From Blastocystis sp. Blastoise (taxonomy: Eukaryota > Protista > Bigyra: Opalinata), in the NCBI GenBank assembly GCA_039096225.1, contig JBBPEB010000014.1:2108001-2172000 (forward strand): a stretch of 64,000 nt of DNA. The letters are read 5' to 3'. Both the position numbers and the translations under genes were made by a program. The notes under the pieces are model-generated. The model was given only the letters and a program-made list of their open reading frames with translations, had not been told where the DNA came from and did no database searches. Positions 1 to 18,395 of this stretch are shown piece by piece. Positions within the stretch are counted from its first letter, which is position 1, and every line of letters begins with the position of its first letter.

Positions 1-962
1 ATTCCATTCCCGCGGGAGAAGAGAATAAAGTATCCAAGGAAGACTCAATAATTGTGGGAATTCAACAACGACAATATGATATAGATATATTGTATATTAT
101 CTTTATTATAATTATTATTATCAATTTATTATTATTCATATAATAATAAGTATATTCTATTTCTTTTTCTTCTTATAGTTATTCAGAAGAACCAGTTCCA
201 AATTATGTCGAGGCTGCAGCCAATGTATATATATATATAACTATTTTTCTTTTCATTCAACGAATACATATATGTATGACACTACATTCATGTTTATTTT
301 TATATCTATATTTATACTCTGAATAACTATTATATATATATATAGTTATGTATTCGAATATTGAATGAAGAATATAAATATGGTGATATATTAATCTTTC
401 TTCCGGATATATATACTGTTGATGAATGTATGCATATTATTAAAGAGAAATATATACCACGATCTGTAAGAGAACTTAAACCCCTTCTTATACCTATGTA
501 TATATATATATATAGTCATAGTTCATTTATATATATAATAGTTATAGTTCATTTATATATATATATAGTCATAGTTCAATTACTAGTGAAGAACAACGTG
601 CATTATTTAAGGCATCTCCCCGCGGGAATCGAAGGGTTTTAGTAGCTACAAGTTTAGCTGAGACAGGTGTCACTATTGATAACGTTATATATGTTATTGA
701 CTGCGGATTCAAGAAATATGAAGAGTATATATATATATATATATATTAAAATTATTATTTTTATTTCTTTTTCTTTTTTTGTTTTATTGTTTTATATATA
801 TTTATACTTATAATAAACATAATTATATTATTGTTCATTATTATATTACTAACTATATTATGCAGATATATATATATATATAGATATATATATATAGATA
901 TATATATATAGATATAATCCACATGCTAAAATTAGTACTTATCTTTCTCATCCTATTTCTCA

Positions 963-1006
<44 letters not shown>

Positions 1007-1050
1007 GCTACTGCGGAACAGCGAGCAGGACGTTCTGGTCGTGTAACAAG

Positions 1051-1090
<40 letters not shown>

Positions 1091-1246
1091 CACTAGAATA
1101 GTATCTATTTATTGTTAATATAGGTCGTTGTTATAGATTATATACAGAAGAAGCATATAATAAAATGGAGAAATATGATAAACCGGAAATTGAACGAATC
1201 GACTTATCACAAATTATAGCTATTACCAAGAATATTGGAATACCGA

Positions 1247-1285
<39 letters not shown>

Positions 1286-1483
1286 TTTTTATATATATTG
1301 GATATATATATATATTATAACTATTATTATGTCAATAAAGATACAACTTATTATTATGTATATAATTAGACTTTCTATATATATAATTATATGTATATAG
1401 TTGTTATTATTAGATCTAATTACTCCTCCTCCCGAATCTAATGTATATATAGCGAATAAACTTCTCTACTCAATGAATATACT

Positions 1484-1523
<40 letters not shown>

Positions 1524-2119
1524 TTATTATTATTATATTCTGCTTGTTATATCTCTCTTCTTCTTCTACATTATGTATATACTTATATATCTAGTTTATC
1601 TTTATATTCTATGACATATATATAGATAAAGAGATGACACTTACCGCCTTTGGAAAACAAGTGGCGGGAATTCCTCTAGAGCCAAAACATGGTATTTATA
1701 ATATAATATAATATAATATAATATAATATAATATAATATAATATAATATAATATAATATACTATAATAATGATTATTCTAGCTATAATGTTACTGAAATC
1801 TTATAATACTCCTATATATGAGTATATATTAACAATGCTAGCAATGATTATGGTCACTAATATATATAAACCACTACCAAAAGAAGAGGAGAAGAAGAAG
1901 GACTATCTCCACGTATGGAATCAACTCGTTGATGTTAGAGGTGATTTATTTACGTATTTAAATATATTTAATGTTTATATATCTATGACTATGACAAAAG
2001 GTGTGTCATCAGATCAACACGTGCCCATAGAATTTGATGGTAATTTGAGTACATGTGTTTATATACCCGCACTTCGTAAAGCCAGAGAAATTCGTGGACA
2101 ATTAAAACACTATATGAAG

Positions 2120-2151
<32 letters not shown>

Positions 2152-3106
2152 GATCTATGAACTTACCAGTCTCTTCATCACATTCTTCATCAGATGATAT
2201 ATACCAGGATATAACCGCGGGAATTGCCTCTGGTTTATTTGCAAATGTCGCCGCAATAGGTCACGACGGTCATTATCACACGCTAACTGGGAATATCGAC
2301 GTCGATCTACATCCCTCCTCCATATATATGTCTATCTCTACTGTATATATATAGTAGTAGTAGTAGTATTACTCTATTTATATATTACTAATATTACTCT
2401 ATATATATATTATTGTTTTTATTACACTATATATATTATTATTCTTATTACACTATATATATTATTATTCTTATTACACTATATATATTATTATTCTTAT
2501 TACACTATATATATATATATTATTTTTATTACACTATATATATTATTATTCTTATTACACTATATATATTATTATTCTTATTACACTATATATATATATA
2601 TTATTCTTATTACACTATATATATATATTATTAACTCAATAAATTGAAGTGTTATTATAATATAACTTATAATCTCTTTTATTTGTTTCTTTCTTTATAA
2701 GATTTTATATACTTGTCTATATAGCTTCCAAATTTGATAATATACAATGAATGTAAGATATCTAATAATATTATGTATATACGAGATATCTGCGAGATTG
2801 ATATGCAAACACTACTTTCAGTGGCACCTCTTTATTATGAGTATATATATTTCATTATATTATATTATATTAACTATATTATATAATATTATTATAATAT
2901 AATATATGTTTACATCTATTCATTTATAAATATCTAGAGATAAAACTCAAGTAGAATTATTAAAAACATCTTCAGAACCTGCTTCGAATAGAAGTACGGA
3001 TAACAAATCTAGTTCTATATCAGCCAATGGATGGACGCCTTCCAGTGAAATGAATTCTCAATCTATTGGCCAATCAGATCTCTTAAAAGGATTATTTAGA
3101 TTCTAA
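1..3106 (+). CDS. DEAH-box RNA helicase (Prp2/16/22/43/DHX35 family), 5'-partial, multi-exon
   Basis: Spliced exons give [96 protein letters not shown] and LHPSS. Stop TAA at ~3104-3106. Confidence 0.9.
2421..2630. repeat. Intronic minisatellite, unit ~TTACACTATATATATTATTATTCTTA, about 7 copies
   Basis: Tandem copies read directly inside a helicase intron. Confidence 0.8.
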
Positions 3107-3517
3107 TATCTTTCAATTCATTATATAAATAATTCATCAATTCGTTGTTATGAATATAGAGAGTTTAATATTTTTATATATTTACAAATATAATATAAAT
3201 AACAAAACAACAATAAGTCACGACAATTAACTTTTGAATTGAATATATATATATATATATATTATGAACATAAAAAAAAATCATAAAATGAAAAGAGACT
3301 TTAAATAATAAATCAACTAAAAAAAGTTTTAAGAAACAAATATAAATGATATACGTTTACATGGCTAGTAAAATAAATTAAATATATATTTAGAGACAAA
3401 TAACACATATATTTATCAAATATAAAAATATATGTAAAAAAAACAAATGTATATATATGAACAAGAATAAATGTAGAGAAAGATGTTAAGACATAGAAGA
3501 CTGTATACGTTAATAAG

Positions 3518-4498
3518 TTAATAAATAGGATAGGATGCCCGTGTATTCATACCGCAAATACCCTCTCCTTTATCTTGATGAGCTATTTTAACATACCCCT
3601 CCATTCCCCAAGAGGATCCCCAACAATTACGTATTAATATATATGGAATAGTAGATACTTTATCTGTTTCATAACCAACAGCTACTACTCCATGATTTAT
3701 AAATGTACCACAACTTTCTTCATTTATAATACCAGAAACATAATATTGAAATACATAACTATCAGCTTCAAGAGCTAATGACACAGGATTCAGAGCTATA
3801 GCGGCAAGAAGTTGTTCTCCATTGTTCTCTTCAACTTCAGCGTAGTCTCCGATGAATCCTACTTTTCGACAATAGGCATCTCGACATGTACCACTAATTG
3901 CTTCATAAGGATAAGCACTCTCTGTACAAAGACCGGGACGATTTATAGCAAATAAGAATGCATTTTCCATAGTACCTCCAGAACATCCGTGATTATTTGG
4001 ATCACAATCAATCAGATTCTGTTCAGAAATCGAATACAAAATACCCGTATGAATAGCTACAACACTTTCTATACTACCTACAGCAGAGAATGCCCAACAA
4101 GAACCACAGTTCTGCTGATTTTTTACTTTATTTACAGCTCCTCTAGTAACCCAGTTGACAGAAGAAGGAATATTGGATGTATCTAACTTTACAGTTTTAC
4201 GTAAACTGGGTCTATTCTTAGTAAGAAGGCAGGAAGATATTTTTGATGACTTAAATTCTTCACGAGTCATATCAAGAAAAGGAGAAAAACCTAGCATGTA
4301 TGTATGATTCTTTCTATTTTCGTTTTCAATGAAATCCAAAGCATTGCGAAATACTTCTAAACGATAATTATACTCAGTTTTCTCATATTTCTTTCCAAAT
4401 TGATTAATGTATACTCCAAACTGATTTGTATAAAATTCATTTTGGTGTAAAGATGCGAAGACGGATACAATAAATATAAGAAAAATTAAACGATACAT
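3518..4498 (-). CDS. Papain-family (C1A) cathepsin L-like cysteine protease, intronless
   Basis: Signal peptide from MYRLIFL (ATG ~4498), I29 prodomain, QQNCGSCWAF, NHGV and NCWG catalytic motifs. Confidence 0.95.
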   Translation of the reverse strand: MYRLIFLIFIVSVFASLHQNEFYTNQFGVYINQFGKKYEKTEYNYRLEVFRNALDFIENENRKNHTYMLGFSPFLDMTREEFKSSKISSCLLTKNRPSLRKTVKLDTSNIPSSVNWVTRGAVNKVKNQQNCGSCWAFSAVGSIESVVAIHTGILYSISEQNLIDCDPNNHGCSGGTMENAFLFAINRPGLCTESAYPYEAISGTCRDAYCRKVGFIGDYAEVEENNGEQLLAAIALNPVSLALEADSYVFQYYVSGIINEESCGTFINHGVVAVGYETDKVSTIPYILIRNCWGSSWGMEGYVKIAHQDKGEGICGMNTRASYPIY

Positions 4499-6704
4499 AT
4501 TGAACGTAACTACGACACAATAGATACCTAAATAATAATAGACAACACATTCACCTTTGACGAGCAATGTCGATGTCAATGGTGTCTATGACGCTTTTTG
4601 TTATTCATGTTTTGATTGGCTTTAAACAGAAAACGACTTTTACTAAGACTATTAGCGAATCAAATAAGGCTTATAATGGTATTCTTTTCTGCGTCATTGA
4701 AGAAATGTATCAAGAATCATCTCGTTTCGTTATCTTTCTAGTTATCAAGAAATACAATAAATTAAAGCATTTATTCAATCAATTTATGTATTCTTTTACA
4801 GTTAACTACACTGTATAAATGATATCATGATCATAATTATGATATATCAAATATATGTCCATTTGATGGCCGTTTTTTGGTTTCTAAAACTCTTTAATAC
4901 AATTGGTAGAATGCAAAAAATGCTAAAGAAACTCAAAGGACCACTAGCCAAGAATTAAATGGTTGTAATATGAAAAATACCTTATTATCACAAGCAATTA
5001 CTAGTTTGTATTCAATTAAGTTGGGTTCAATGGAGTACACTCATCTTTCTTTTTAACTCTACTTTTGTTTCCATTTTTGATTTGCTCAAAAACAAAATAA
5101 AAATAGATTACCCGTTTGATTTACTCCGAAAGAAGCTCTAAAGAAGTTCATTTTATGTATACAGATATATAAAAATATTCTTAATTCCCCTAGGATGTGA
5201 GGTTTGTAATAAAATTAAAAAAAGAAGGTAATTACATGTTCAAATGATCATTTTTGTACTAATTAAAATGACTTGTAGTAGATGATATAATCATGAATTA
5301 ATTAGAGACTAAATTAATTCATGAATCAGTAAATGATACTCATAATAAAGTTCTATTTACAACTTATCATTTTTTTTTCCTTTATTTAGTGTTTTTCTTT
5401 TATTTCTACTTCCTTTTATTGTCTGTATATATTATATAGATTGCATTGATTGCTTTTTATTGTTAATATCTATCCCTTAAACTTTAGATGCCTTTTTTGA
5501 ATTCAATGAAAACTACGTAAATTAATACTGTTATATTGATTTAATTGAATAAGAAACACCTCAAGAAACCTCTATTGTCAAAATAGTAATGAAATCTTTT
5601 ATTATAATCAAAATAATATCGGTTTATTATTAATATATAATCATTGTCTTAATATCAAAACGAATTCTCTTCTGTTTTGTAGAAACTTTTATACTTTCTT
5701 AATTGAAAGCTTGTTGTTTATTATCAATTAATCATTAGATTATTTAAAGAAAGACAGAGTTTAATTAATATAAAATGATTTCTTCTCTCAATGATATATG
5801 TTTAGATTAATAGATAACTAAATTCATGAATACAGAATGATATTTTTATGAATATCTTTTTTAATTTATTGATTTAATATTTTCTATGAGAAATATTATG
5901 TGTTAACACTTTAGTATATTATTAGCTAGTCTAGATGAAAGGAAAACGTTTCTATGAGTATAATAAGACTATTCTTTTTATTCTTCATACTATTATTATT
6001 GTTTCTTGCCCTTTAATATACATGCTTATGTGAAATAATAGATAAATAAAGCTAATACATTGATTATATGTAGTTTTAACTTATATTCTCTTCTAATAGA
6101 GTAGAAAGAAGAAAAGAAGAGCTTATAATTTGAATAGACGATAAATAGTTCATTATATTATATTATTCATATATAGCTATATATATGGAATCTCTTTATT
6201 GCTGAATACGTATATATATAGAAAAAAACAAGGATTCTGAATATATATATACATATGTTAATAAACAAAGAATTTTTATGTTTCTAAAAAATGAATCATA
6301 TTGTATAAAAACATATATATATATATATATATCAATTGTATATGTATATAAACATCACCAATAAATAGTATAAACATATAATAACTTTTATTTTCGTTGT
6401 CTATTTCTTTTAAACAATGTATATATATATATATAATTCTTTCATGTATTTTATGCAAGTAAGAATTAAAAACTATTTGACGAAGTAAATACCACATAAA
6501 AGAAAGCAAAACAATATAGATATATAAATATATATTGATACTATATGAAAAGAAAAAATACAAAAAAAATTGAAAAGTTAAATTATGTTGAATTCAAAAT
6601 ATATATATATATATAAATTGAAGTATATAAAAAAAATATATATACATAAATGTATAAAACTATACATACATTTGTAAATATATATTTTGTTCATAAGAAT
6701 TTAA

Positions 6705-7642
6705 TTATATTCTTGGTTTTTTCCATGATTTAGATTTGTTATTTGAGTTGAGATCTAATTTAAAGTTGGTCATTGATCTATATTTAGATACGAGGAACGT
6801 TCTATATTTCGTCCAAAATACAGGCTATAGAATATAATATATATAGATACATATTCATAGAAGTAGAAATAATATATATATAAATAGATAAACAACTAGT
6901 CAAATATAAATAAAAATAAACATATAAACTGAGAATACTTAAAATAAATACTCCAATATATTTCTTATAAAGCCCGCCATAAGCCATCCCGCCCAAATGA
7001 GCCATATTATCGAATCCGAAACTCTTAAAGAACAAGGAATACAGTTCGAAGGCAGCCAATCCAAAGAGTGCATATGCTATAGGAGAGTAGAGTATATAGG
7101 AAACATTTATTGTATAATAATATGTATGAGTATATAATAATAATAAACATAATAAGTATAATAATAATATTATTATAAATACTAAGTATATTAAGTATAA
7201 TAATAAGTATAATAATACATACAGCAAGGTACACCTAGGAAGGGAAGGAATATGAGAGAGACTCGGAGATCGGGTCGTTCCATCATAGCATAAGTAGAAA
7301 TAGCATATACAGCTCCTGACGCACCTAGAGATGCAATACCAACTGTATGGAAGACAAACTATATATATATAAGAAGAAGAAGAAGAAGAAGAAGAATATG
7401 TATATAATAAAAATGAATGTATAATAATAAGTATATAATAACTATATATATATATATACTTTAGCTAAATAGGATGCCAATCCTGACACAAAAGCAGAAG
7501 AGAGATAAAATGCATAAAAATGATCCGTTCCCATCTTGTCCTATATATATACATATATATATTGAATAAAATAAAAGCTTATATATAATATAAAGAATTA
7601 AAAATATATCATTATAAGTATATAAAATAGATTTGAATATAG

Positions 7643-7675
<33 letters not shown>

Positions 7676-7752
7676 AAAACGATAGATCCAAATGAATATA
7701 AGCCTATCATATTACATAAAATATGCCATCCATCCATATGAGAGAAACTACT

Positions 7753-7806
<54 letters not shown>

Positions 7807-7841
7807 GAAAATAATGAATAACAATGATTACACGTTAAAAA

Positions 7842-7876
<35 letters not shown>

Positions 7877-8619
7877 AAAATAATGAATAACAATGATTAC
7901 ACGTTAAAAATAACTATATATATACAAATATAGAGGAACAAGGAGAGGTAGTAGGTCTGCAGAGAAAGTATTTATTCATAATTCCCCGCCAACCGGGTAC
8001 CCGCCAAGCCAAAAAGACGAGAATGTATATAGTTAAGAAAACAATGAATAGTAGCGAATATATAAAAAAACGAACAACATAATATAAAAAGATATATTTA
8101 GACCAATAAGAGGCGCAATACATCGAACATACGGGGATAGAGAGAACCAATAATGTTTTAAAGTATATACTAAAATATAAAACAAAACACAAAAACAATT
8201 AACATACATTTATCATTTGGATCGGTTCCACGAGCCTGTAAATAACTATTCCATGCAAGACCCCAACTATAAATAATATATATTTATCAAAACAATCATA
8301 GTCAAACCATATACTTGCCATCAAAGTAACCCAAGACCTTTTTAAAGTATTCAGGATATTTTTTTATGGCATATTGAAATGTCATCTCTTGTTTCATAAT
8401 GAAAGCAGTATAAGTTAATCCAACACCAGCTGCTGTAAATAAAGTGGGCTTAATAAGATTCTGATATGCGAAGCTGCTTAAAAAACCTCCAGTAGTACCA
8501 AAAGCACCCAATGAAAACTGTCTATTGAAATTGGACGATAAAGTGTGTTGCAAAACAGGTTTCTTCAATGCGACTCTACACGCTTTCCATATACCACTGT
8601 TTAGAAACTTAGAATTCAT
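6705..8619 (-). CDS. Rhomboid protease, PARL/Pcp1-like (mitochondrial), multi-exon
   Basis: Presequence-like N-terminus, VFLAWRVP, SSFSHMDGWHILCNM, SLGASGAVYA (catalytic Ser), DNMAHLGG (catalytic His). Confidence 0.88.
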
Positions 8620-9237
8620 TGTAATAAAAGAAAAGAATAATGGAAAAAAATGAGAAGAAAAGTCAGTGTTCTTTCAGTTTTATTCAGTTGGTGACTAAGT
8701 AACTTTTGGTATAGATATATTATGAGATGATTTTTCACACACACAAATATGGAGAGAATACTCTCGAAGAGTCCATTCAAAATATCTTAAATTCGTATTG
8801 AATATGCAATCATTGAATTGATTTTTTGAAATATTTTGGCTATATTTGTAGGTGATGAATGATGCAGTCATTCTACGTATACAATAAAGTTATACGGCAT
8901 TTGAATATTATATTGTAGTACACAGATTTAGTTTTTCGTTCGTTCTTCTCTTATAAATTGCTTAATCACTGCTTTGATGATACACAAATATTCTATCTGA
9001 CAGTTTGGATGTGTTACTATGATACGATGAGTTTAATAGTTCATTTCTTCAAAATGTAGTCACAACAAATAGTCCTTCATAAAGGTTTCAAAAAAATAAT
9101 TTGAAAACCAAATTGTGTTTGACTTGATAAAAGCAGAAGAAAGTTCTATAAATTATGTATAATAATGAAAGAAAATGAAATATACTGTTTGCGAAGAAAT
9201 ATGTTATAAAACAACAATTCCTTAAATAAATAAATAA

Positions 9238-9915
9238 ATAGCGATATTATTATCAGAATATGATGGTGATATTCCGAGGACGATTGCTGGATTGATATCG
9301 TTGCCTGGAGTGGGTCCAAAGATGGCATATATAGCGATGAGAAATGCGTGGAATATAGTAAGACTATGATGATTCATTAAAGATATAGATATATATATAG
9401 AGTGAAGGAATAGGAATAGACGTTCATTTACATGCGATTTGTAATCGATTAAAATGGAGTAAAAGTAAAACACCCGAAGAAACAAGAGTTCAATTAGAAT
9501 CATGGCTACCCAAGTATATTTATTATATATATATTATATTATATATATTATATTAATAATGTATAAAAATTTATTATGTTTAAAAATGATTAAATAAAAT
9601 ATATATTAAAGAGAAGAATGGGATGAAGTGAATTTATTGTTAGTTGGATTTGGTCAACAGATCTGTTCTTCGAGACCAAAATGTGAACAATGTTTACTTC
9701 ATAATATATGTTCATCTTCTTTATATAAAGATTCGAAACAGAAGAATAAGAAATCAATAAAAACAGAAGTAAAAGAAGAAATTAAAGAGAATAATGATAA
9801 TAATAATATAAAAGAAGAAATTAAAGAGAATAATAAGAATATAAAAGAAGAAATTAATGTAAAAAGTGAGCAATCTTTTGATACTATGATTAATCAATAT
9901 AGAAATGAAATATAA
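9238..9915 (+). pseudogene. Endonuclease III (Nth/NTH1) homolog, C-terminal half only; possible pseudogene
   Basis: [23 protein letters not shown] (helix-hairpin-helix), [34 protein letters not shown] could not find an intact N-terminal LSSQT region. Fe-S motif reads C-X5-C-X2-C-X5-C rather than C-X6-C. Confidence 0.6.
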
Positions 9916-10142
9916 TATTATGTATATTATATTTTCTTTATTTTAAAAAGAAAAAAGAAATACTGTTTGTTTTGTTATTTAATTATTTATTGATTATTAT
10001 TTAAATACTATTCTTAATATAAAATAAAATAAAATTTATATTTTTTGAAAAATTTATTCAATCAATATCTTAATAAGAAAATAAATTTATAAATTATTTT
10101 TTTAGATAAATTTTTCAAAGAATTATTTTGATCTTATTATTA

Positions 10143-10742
10143 ATGATTCGATATTCTGATATAAAAAAATTAATTGAAGAAGATAAGGAGTCTTTCATTG
10201 AATATATGTATATTGTTTATTGATGAAAATATTGTTGATCAATTTATACTTCTTTAGTCTTTCTGATTATAAAGGTCAATTAATCTTCTCTACATCATCA
10301 CATAATGATAATGAAGGTGTTATTATGTCAATATTATCTCGTTGTTTGAAAGGATTCAAATCTATGAATGATCCTGAACTCTATTCAATATTTAATTTTG
10401 AAGTATATATTATATATAAATATAATTGATAATAATATTTGAATAATAATAAGTAATAATTATTTTTTATTATTCTTTATTCAAATTTTATTTTTTTTTA
10501 ATATATATAAATAATAAAATATATATATTATTATATAGCAATGTTTAATTGTTACTTTTGATATTAACAGTGAATTCTTTCTTTGTGGAATTACTCAACC
10601 TACTCAGCCTTTAGGACTTATAAAACATTATGTATTTTTATTTTATTTATTTATTATTCTATTATTATTTTCATTATATATATATATATAGGTAAGTCAA
10701 AAGAAAGATAAAATTGTAAAATATATAGAAGATTTATATTAG
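10143..10742 (+). CDS. Roadblock/LC7-domain protein, LAMTOR2-like, 4 exons
   Basis: About 118 aa after splicing: MIRYSDIKKLIEE...SDYKGQLIFS...FLCGITQPTQPLGLIKHYV. Resembles LAMTOR2 LCMYAKETVGFGMLKAK in position and length. Confidence 0.6.
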
Positions 10743-10976
10743 TTAATTTTTATAATAGTATTTGTAGTTATTATTTTTATATTATTATTCTTATTATTGT
10801 TTTTTTTTTAATTAAATTTAATTTTCTTTTTTCATGTAATCTATTCAATAATATAAATTACATGAATATCAATTGAAATTCAACTATTATAAAATAATAT
10901 TTAAAATATATATATAATAATAAAAGACATTTATATAGTATTCTTATTCTTTAAAAGAATAATATTATAAATAGAA

Positions 10977-12109
10977 TTACATGATTTTTTCTTTGTTGAT
11001 AGGATACCACTTCTTTTCTCTCTCCTCTCGTCTCCATCGAGGCATCTTGACTACAGCATTAAATAGATAATATGTACATAATAAAAGAGGAGCTACAATA
11101 GGCATCATAAGAAAGTCTATAAAAGGATTATTTCGAGGACTCATTCCTAAGGAACATACACTTAATGCCCATCCTTCTAAACTATTACAAAATATATTAC
11201 TATCTCCCTATTTATATATATAGATATATATAGATATATATATATATATAGATATACTCTTCTTATTGATTCAATTATAGAAGAAGCACAATATTCTGGA
11301 GTAAATCTATATATATATATATTATTATTATTATTATATTCTAATATATACGCAGATTCAAAATATTCAATAAATTTTCCTTCTTCTGGTTTTGTTTTAT
11401 TTTCTTGTATGAATCCAGGAGTTAACATATTTGGTGGATAAATAGTACCTATATGAATATGATGACGACATACTTCATTTCGTAATGTATCACACAATCC
11501 TCTTAACGCATATTTCGTAGGACTATAACTTCCATAACCAATATAACTAGTAAAACTAGCAGCACTACTTACTATATAAACTTCTCCTTTATTTCGTTTC
11601 ATCATATCAGGAACAACTTCATATAATACATTTAAAGTACCAAAATAATTCACATCCATCATTTTATGATATAATTCTCTACCCATTCCAAACATATATC
11701 CTGTTTCAGCATATCCAGCACAAGATATCAATACATCAATTGAACCTGTTTTCTCTATACATATTTTCATCGATTTATATACACTTTCTTCATCATTTAC
11801 ATCACAACATACATAATTTATTGAACCATTATAACTATTATTTTCTTTTAAACTTCTTTCTATATCGAATTTCGCTTCTTTCAACTTTTCTTCATGTCTT
11901 GATACTATTGTTACAACTCCTCCATTCTTAACGATTTCCTTTGCTAAAGCACGACCTAAACCTTCTGAACCTCCTGTTATCACATAATGACGATTCTTAA
12001 ATACATATAATAACGAATGAATACGTTTATAGACCTCTACACTCACAATCAACAATATATATATCACTAAAATCGAATATATCACACTATTATCAATTAT
12101 CATCTTCAT
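10977..12109 (-). CDS. 3-ketodihydrosphingosine reductase (KDSR/TSC10-like SDR)
   Basis: ITGGSEGLG, SCAG, YGSYSPTKYALRGL and YPPNMLTPGF motifs; N- and C-terminal hydrophobic segments; 2 introns. Confidence 0.88.
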
Positions 12110-12940
12110 ATAACTTATTATTATCAACGATTTACAATTATATAATTCAAATGAAGTACGAACTTCTATTCAAATAGAAGTAATTCACAATATAGAATAA
12201 AATAAAATCAATATTGATTTCAAAAAAGATTTATATATTAAAAAAATAATAATAATTGAAAACGAAGAAGGATAAATAAATAGAAGAATTATTTTTTTTT
12301 TTTAAATGAAAAGAAAATCACTGATTCTGTTTTGTTTTGTCGTTATTATTATGATCTCAAAAGAATTCCTATTTTAAATAAGAATTCTTTAAAGTTTAAA
12401 TCATTGATATATATATAATTTATATATGTATTCTTCTTTATATATGAATATATAATTATTTTAAATGACTCAAATTTCTTTTAATAATTCTTTAATAATC
12501 ATTTCATATGATGTATATTTTGATTTATACAATTTCATATGTTTCATGAAAAAAAAAACAATTGAATAATCTTTTTAGATTTTTATATAAAGAATAGTTG
12601 AATGATTTTCAATTCTTCTAAATTCATACAATTCTTCTAATTCATTTCATATGTTTCATAAAGTCAAAACAAATGAATACTTGTTGAATCTCTCTGTATA
12701 AAGAATAATATAAAAATGAATGAAAAGTTCTTTCAAAAATTCTTGAAATTTCTTTCCAATCATAAGTCTTCTTTTCTTCTTTTCTTTCTATTTCTTATAT
12801 CTTTTCTTTCTTTTATATTTATATCCACAATTTATCTAATGAATTCATTTATCAATTTTAACACATATTCATTTCTCATATTTTATTTATTTAAATAAAG
12901 TTTTTTTATTTGGTTTTCTTTTAATCTATACTTTTTCATA

Positions 12941-13524
12941 ATGTCTTCTATTAATCTTAAATATTTCGATATGAAAGGACGTGGTGATGCTATTCGGTAT
13001 CTATATATTTTTATATATATATTTTATATATATTTTTATAAATAATATTATATAATAAATAAATATATATAGTCTTGCTCTTGAACTTGTAAATACTCAA
13101 TATAATGATGAAAGAATAAGTTTTGAGAAATGGGGTGAAATAAAAACAAGTGGTATAACTGATGGTTCTCTTCCTTTTGGTCAACTTCCTCAATTTACTA
13201 TTGATCATTTTAATCTTGTTCAAAGTACTACTATTCTTCGTTTTATTGCTCATAAATATAATCTTGAAGGATCTGATGAACATTCTATTTATTTTGGTCA
13301 AATGATTATGGATTCTTTTGAAGATCTTCTTAATGCTTATCTTAATGCTGCTTTCTCTTCGAATCCTAAAGAACAAATCAATAATTTCTATAGTATTCAT
13401 TTTATATATTTTATTTTATTTATATATATATATAGATACTTCTTTTATTACCTTTATGAATGGATTAGAAAAATTATTTAATACTTATAATGTATATTAT
13501 TATATTTATTATTATTATCTGAGA

Positions 13525-13565
<41 letters not shown>

Positions 13566-13832
13566 TTATATTTATTATTATTATATTTATTATACTTTTT
13601 ATAGGGAAAATATTGGTTAGGAAATCAAGTTAGTATTGTTGATTGTCTTTCTTATTCTGTTTTAGATCAAATCATTCCTGCTGCTCCTGAAACGAACAAT
13701 TATCCTCATCTTCTTCAATCTATGGTATTTATTTATTTATTTATTATTTATTTATTTATTTTATTCTATATATAGAAAGATTTTGAACAAATTGAACAAA
13801 TCAAAACTTATCTTGCTTCTAATAGAAGATAA
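12941..13832 (+). CDS. Glutathione S-transferase, copy 1, 5 exons
   Basis: LKYFDMKGRGDAIRL, LPFGQLP, LVQSTTILRFIAHKYNL, YWLGNQVSIVD. Missed by the ORF track, which reports only the antisense frame. Confidence 0.92.
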
Positions 13833-14216
13833 ACATTTCATATTCTTTTTATTTATTTTACTCTATTTAATTTTATATCAATATACTCATTCGTTTTGTT
13901 CTCATATTATCTTACTCATCATAAAATATATACTTTACTCATAATAAAAATAGTATTCACATTTTTATTCATTTACTATTTAAATACTAAACTATCAATT
14001 TATTATTTGGATTTATATTCAAAAAAATACGAGTATTATTATTTTCATTTAGTATTAATATGTAATATATATACATTAATTTGATAAACATTACAATAAG
14101 ATAACAAATATATCGAATATCTAAATAAATAGTTGAACAAAGAATAATTTTAGTGTGTTCTAAGAATATAATAATATAAATATATAAATATATAATTTTA
14201 ATATTTTGTATTATTT

Positions 14217-18219
<4,003 letters not shown>

Positions 18220-18395
18220 AATGAATTAATATATATAAAGAAATTATAGTTTTGACATATTTTGACACTTTCAGCAAATATCAGCTTTTCTTCTTGGGAA
18301 ATCACAATTGTTTTTAGATTTTTAGTTACATTAGTAAGTCATCATCGCTAATATTGTTTATTTTAATATAAATTATTGAAACGAAAAGTATTTAA

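Noticed and set aside
7805-7918. ~45-bp tandem duplication inside a rhomboid intron
   Set aside because: Bounded by (TA)n, so ordinary slippage or assembly stutter, with no coding effect.
13011-13400. 129-aa minus ORF and its 165-aa twin at 48987-49484
   Set aside because: Antisense shadows of GST exon 2, conserved only because of the duplication.
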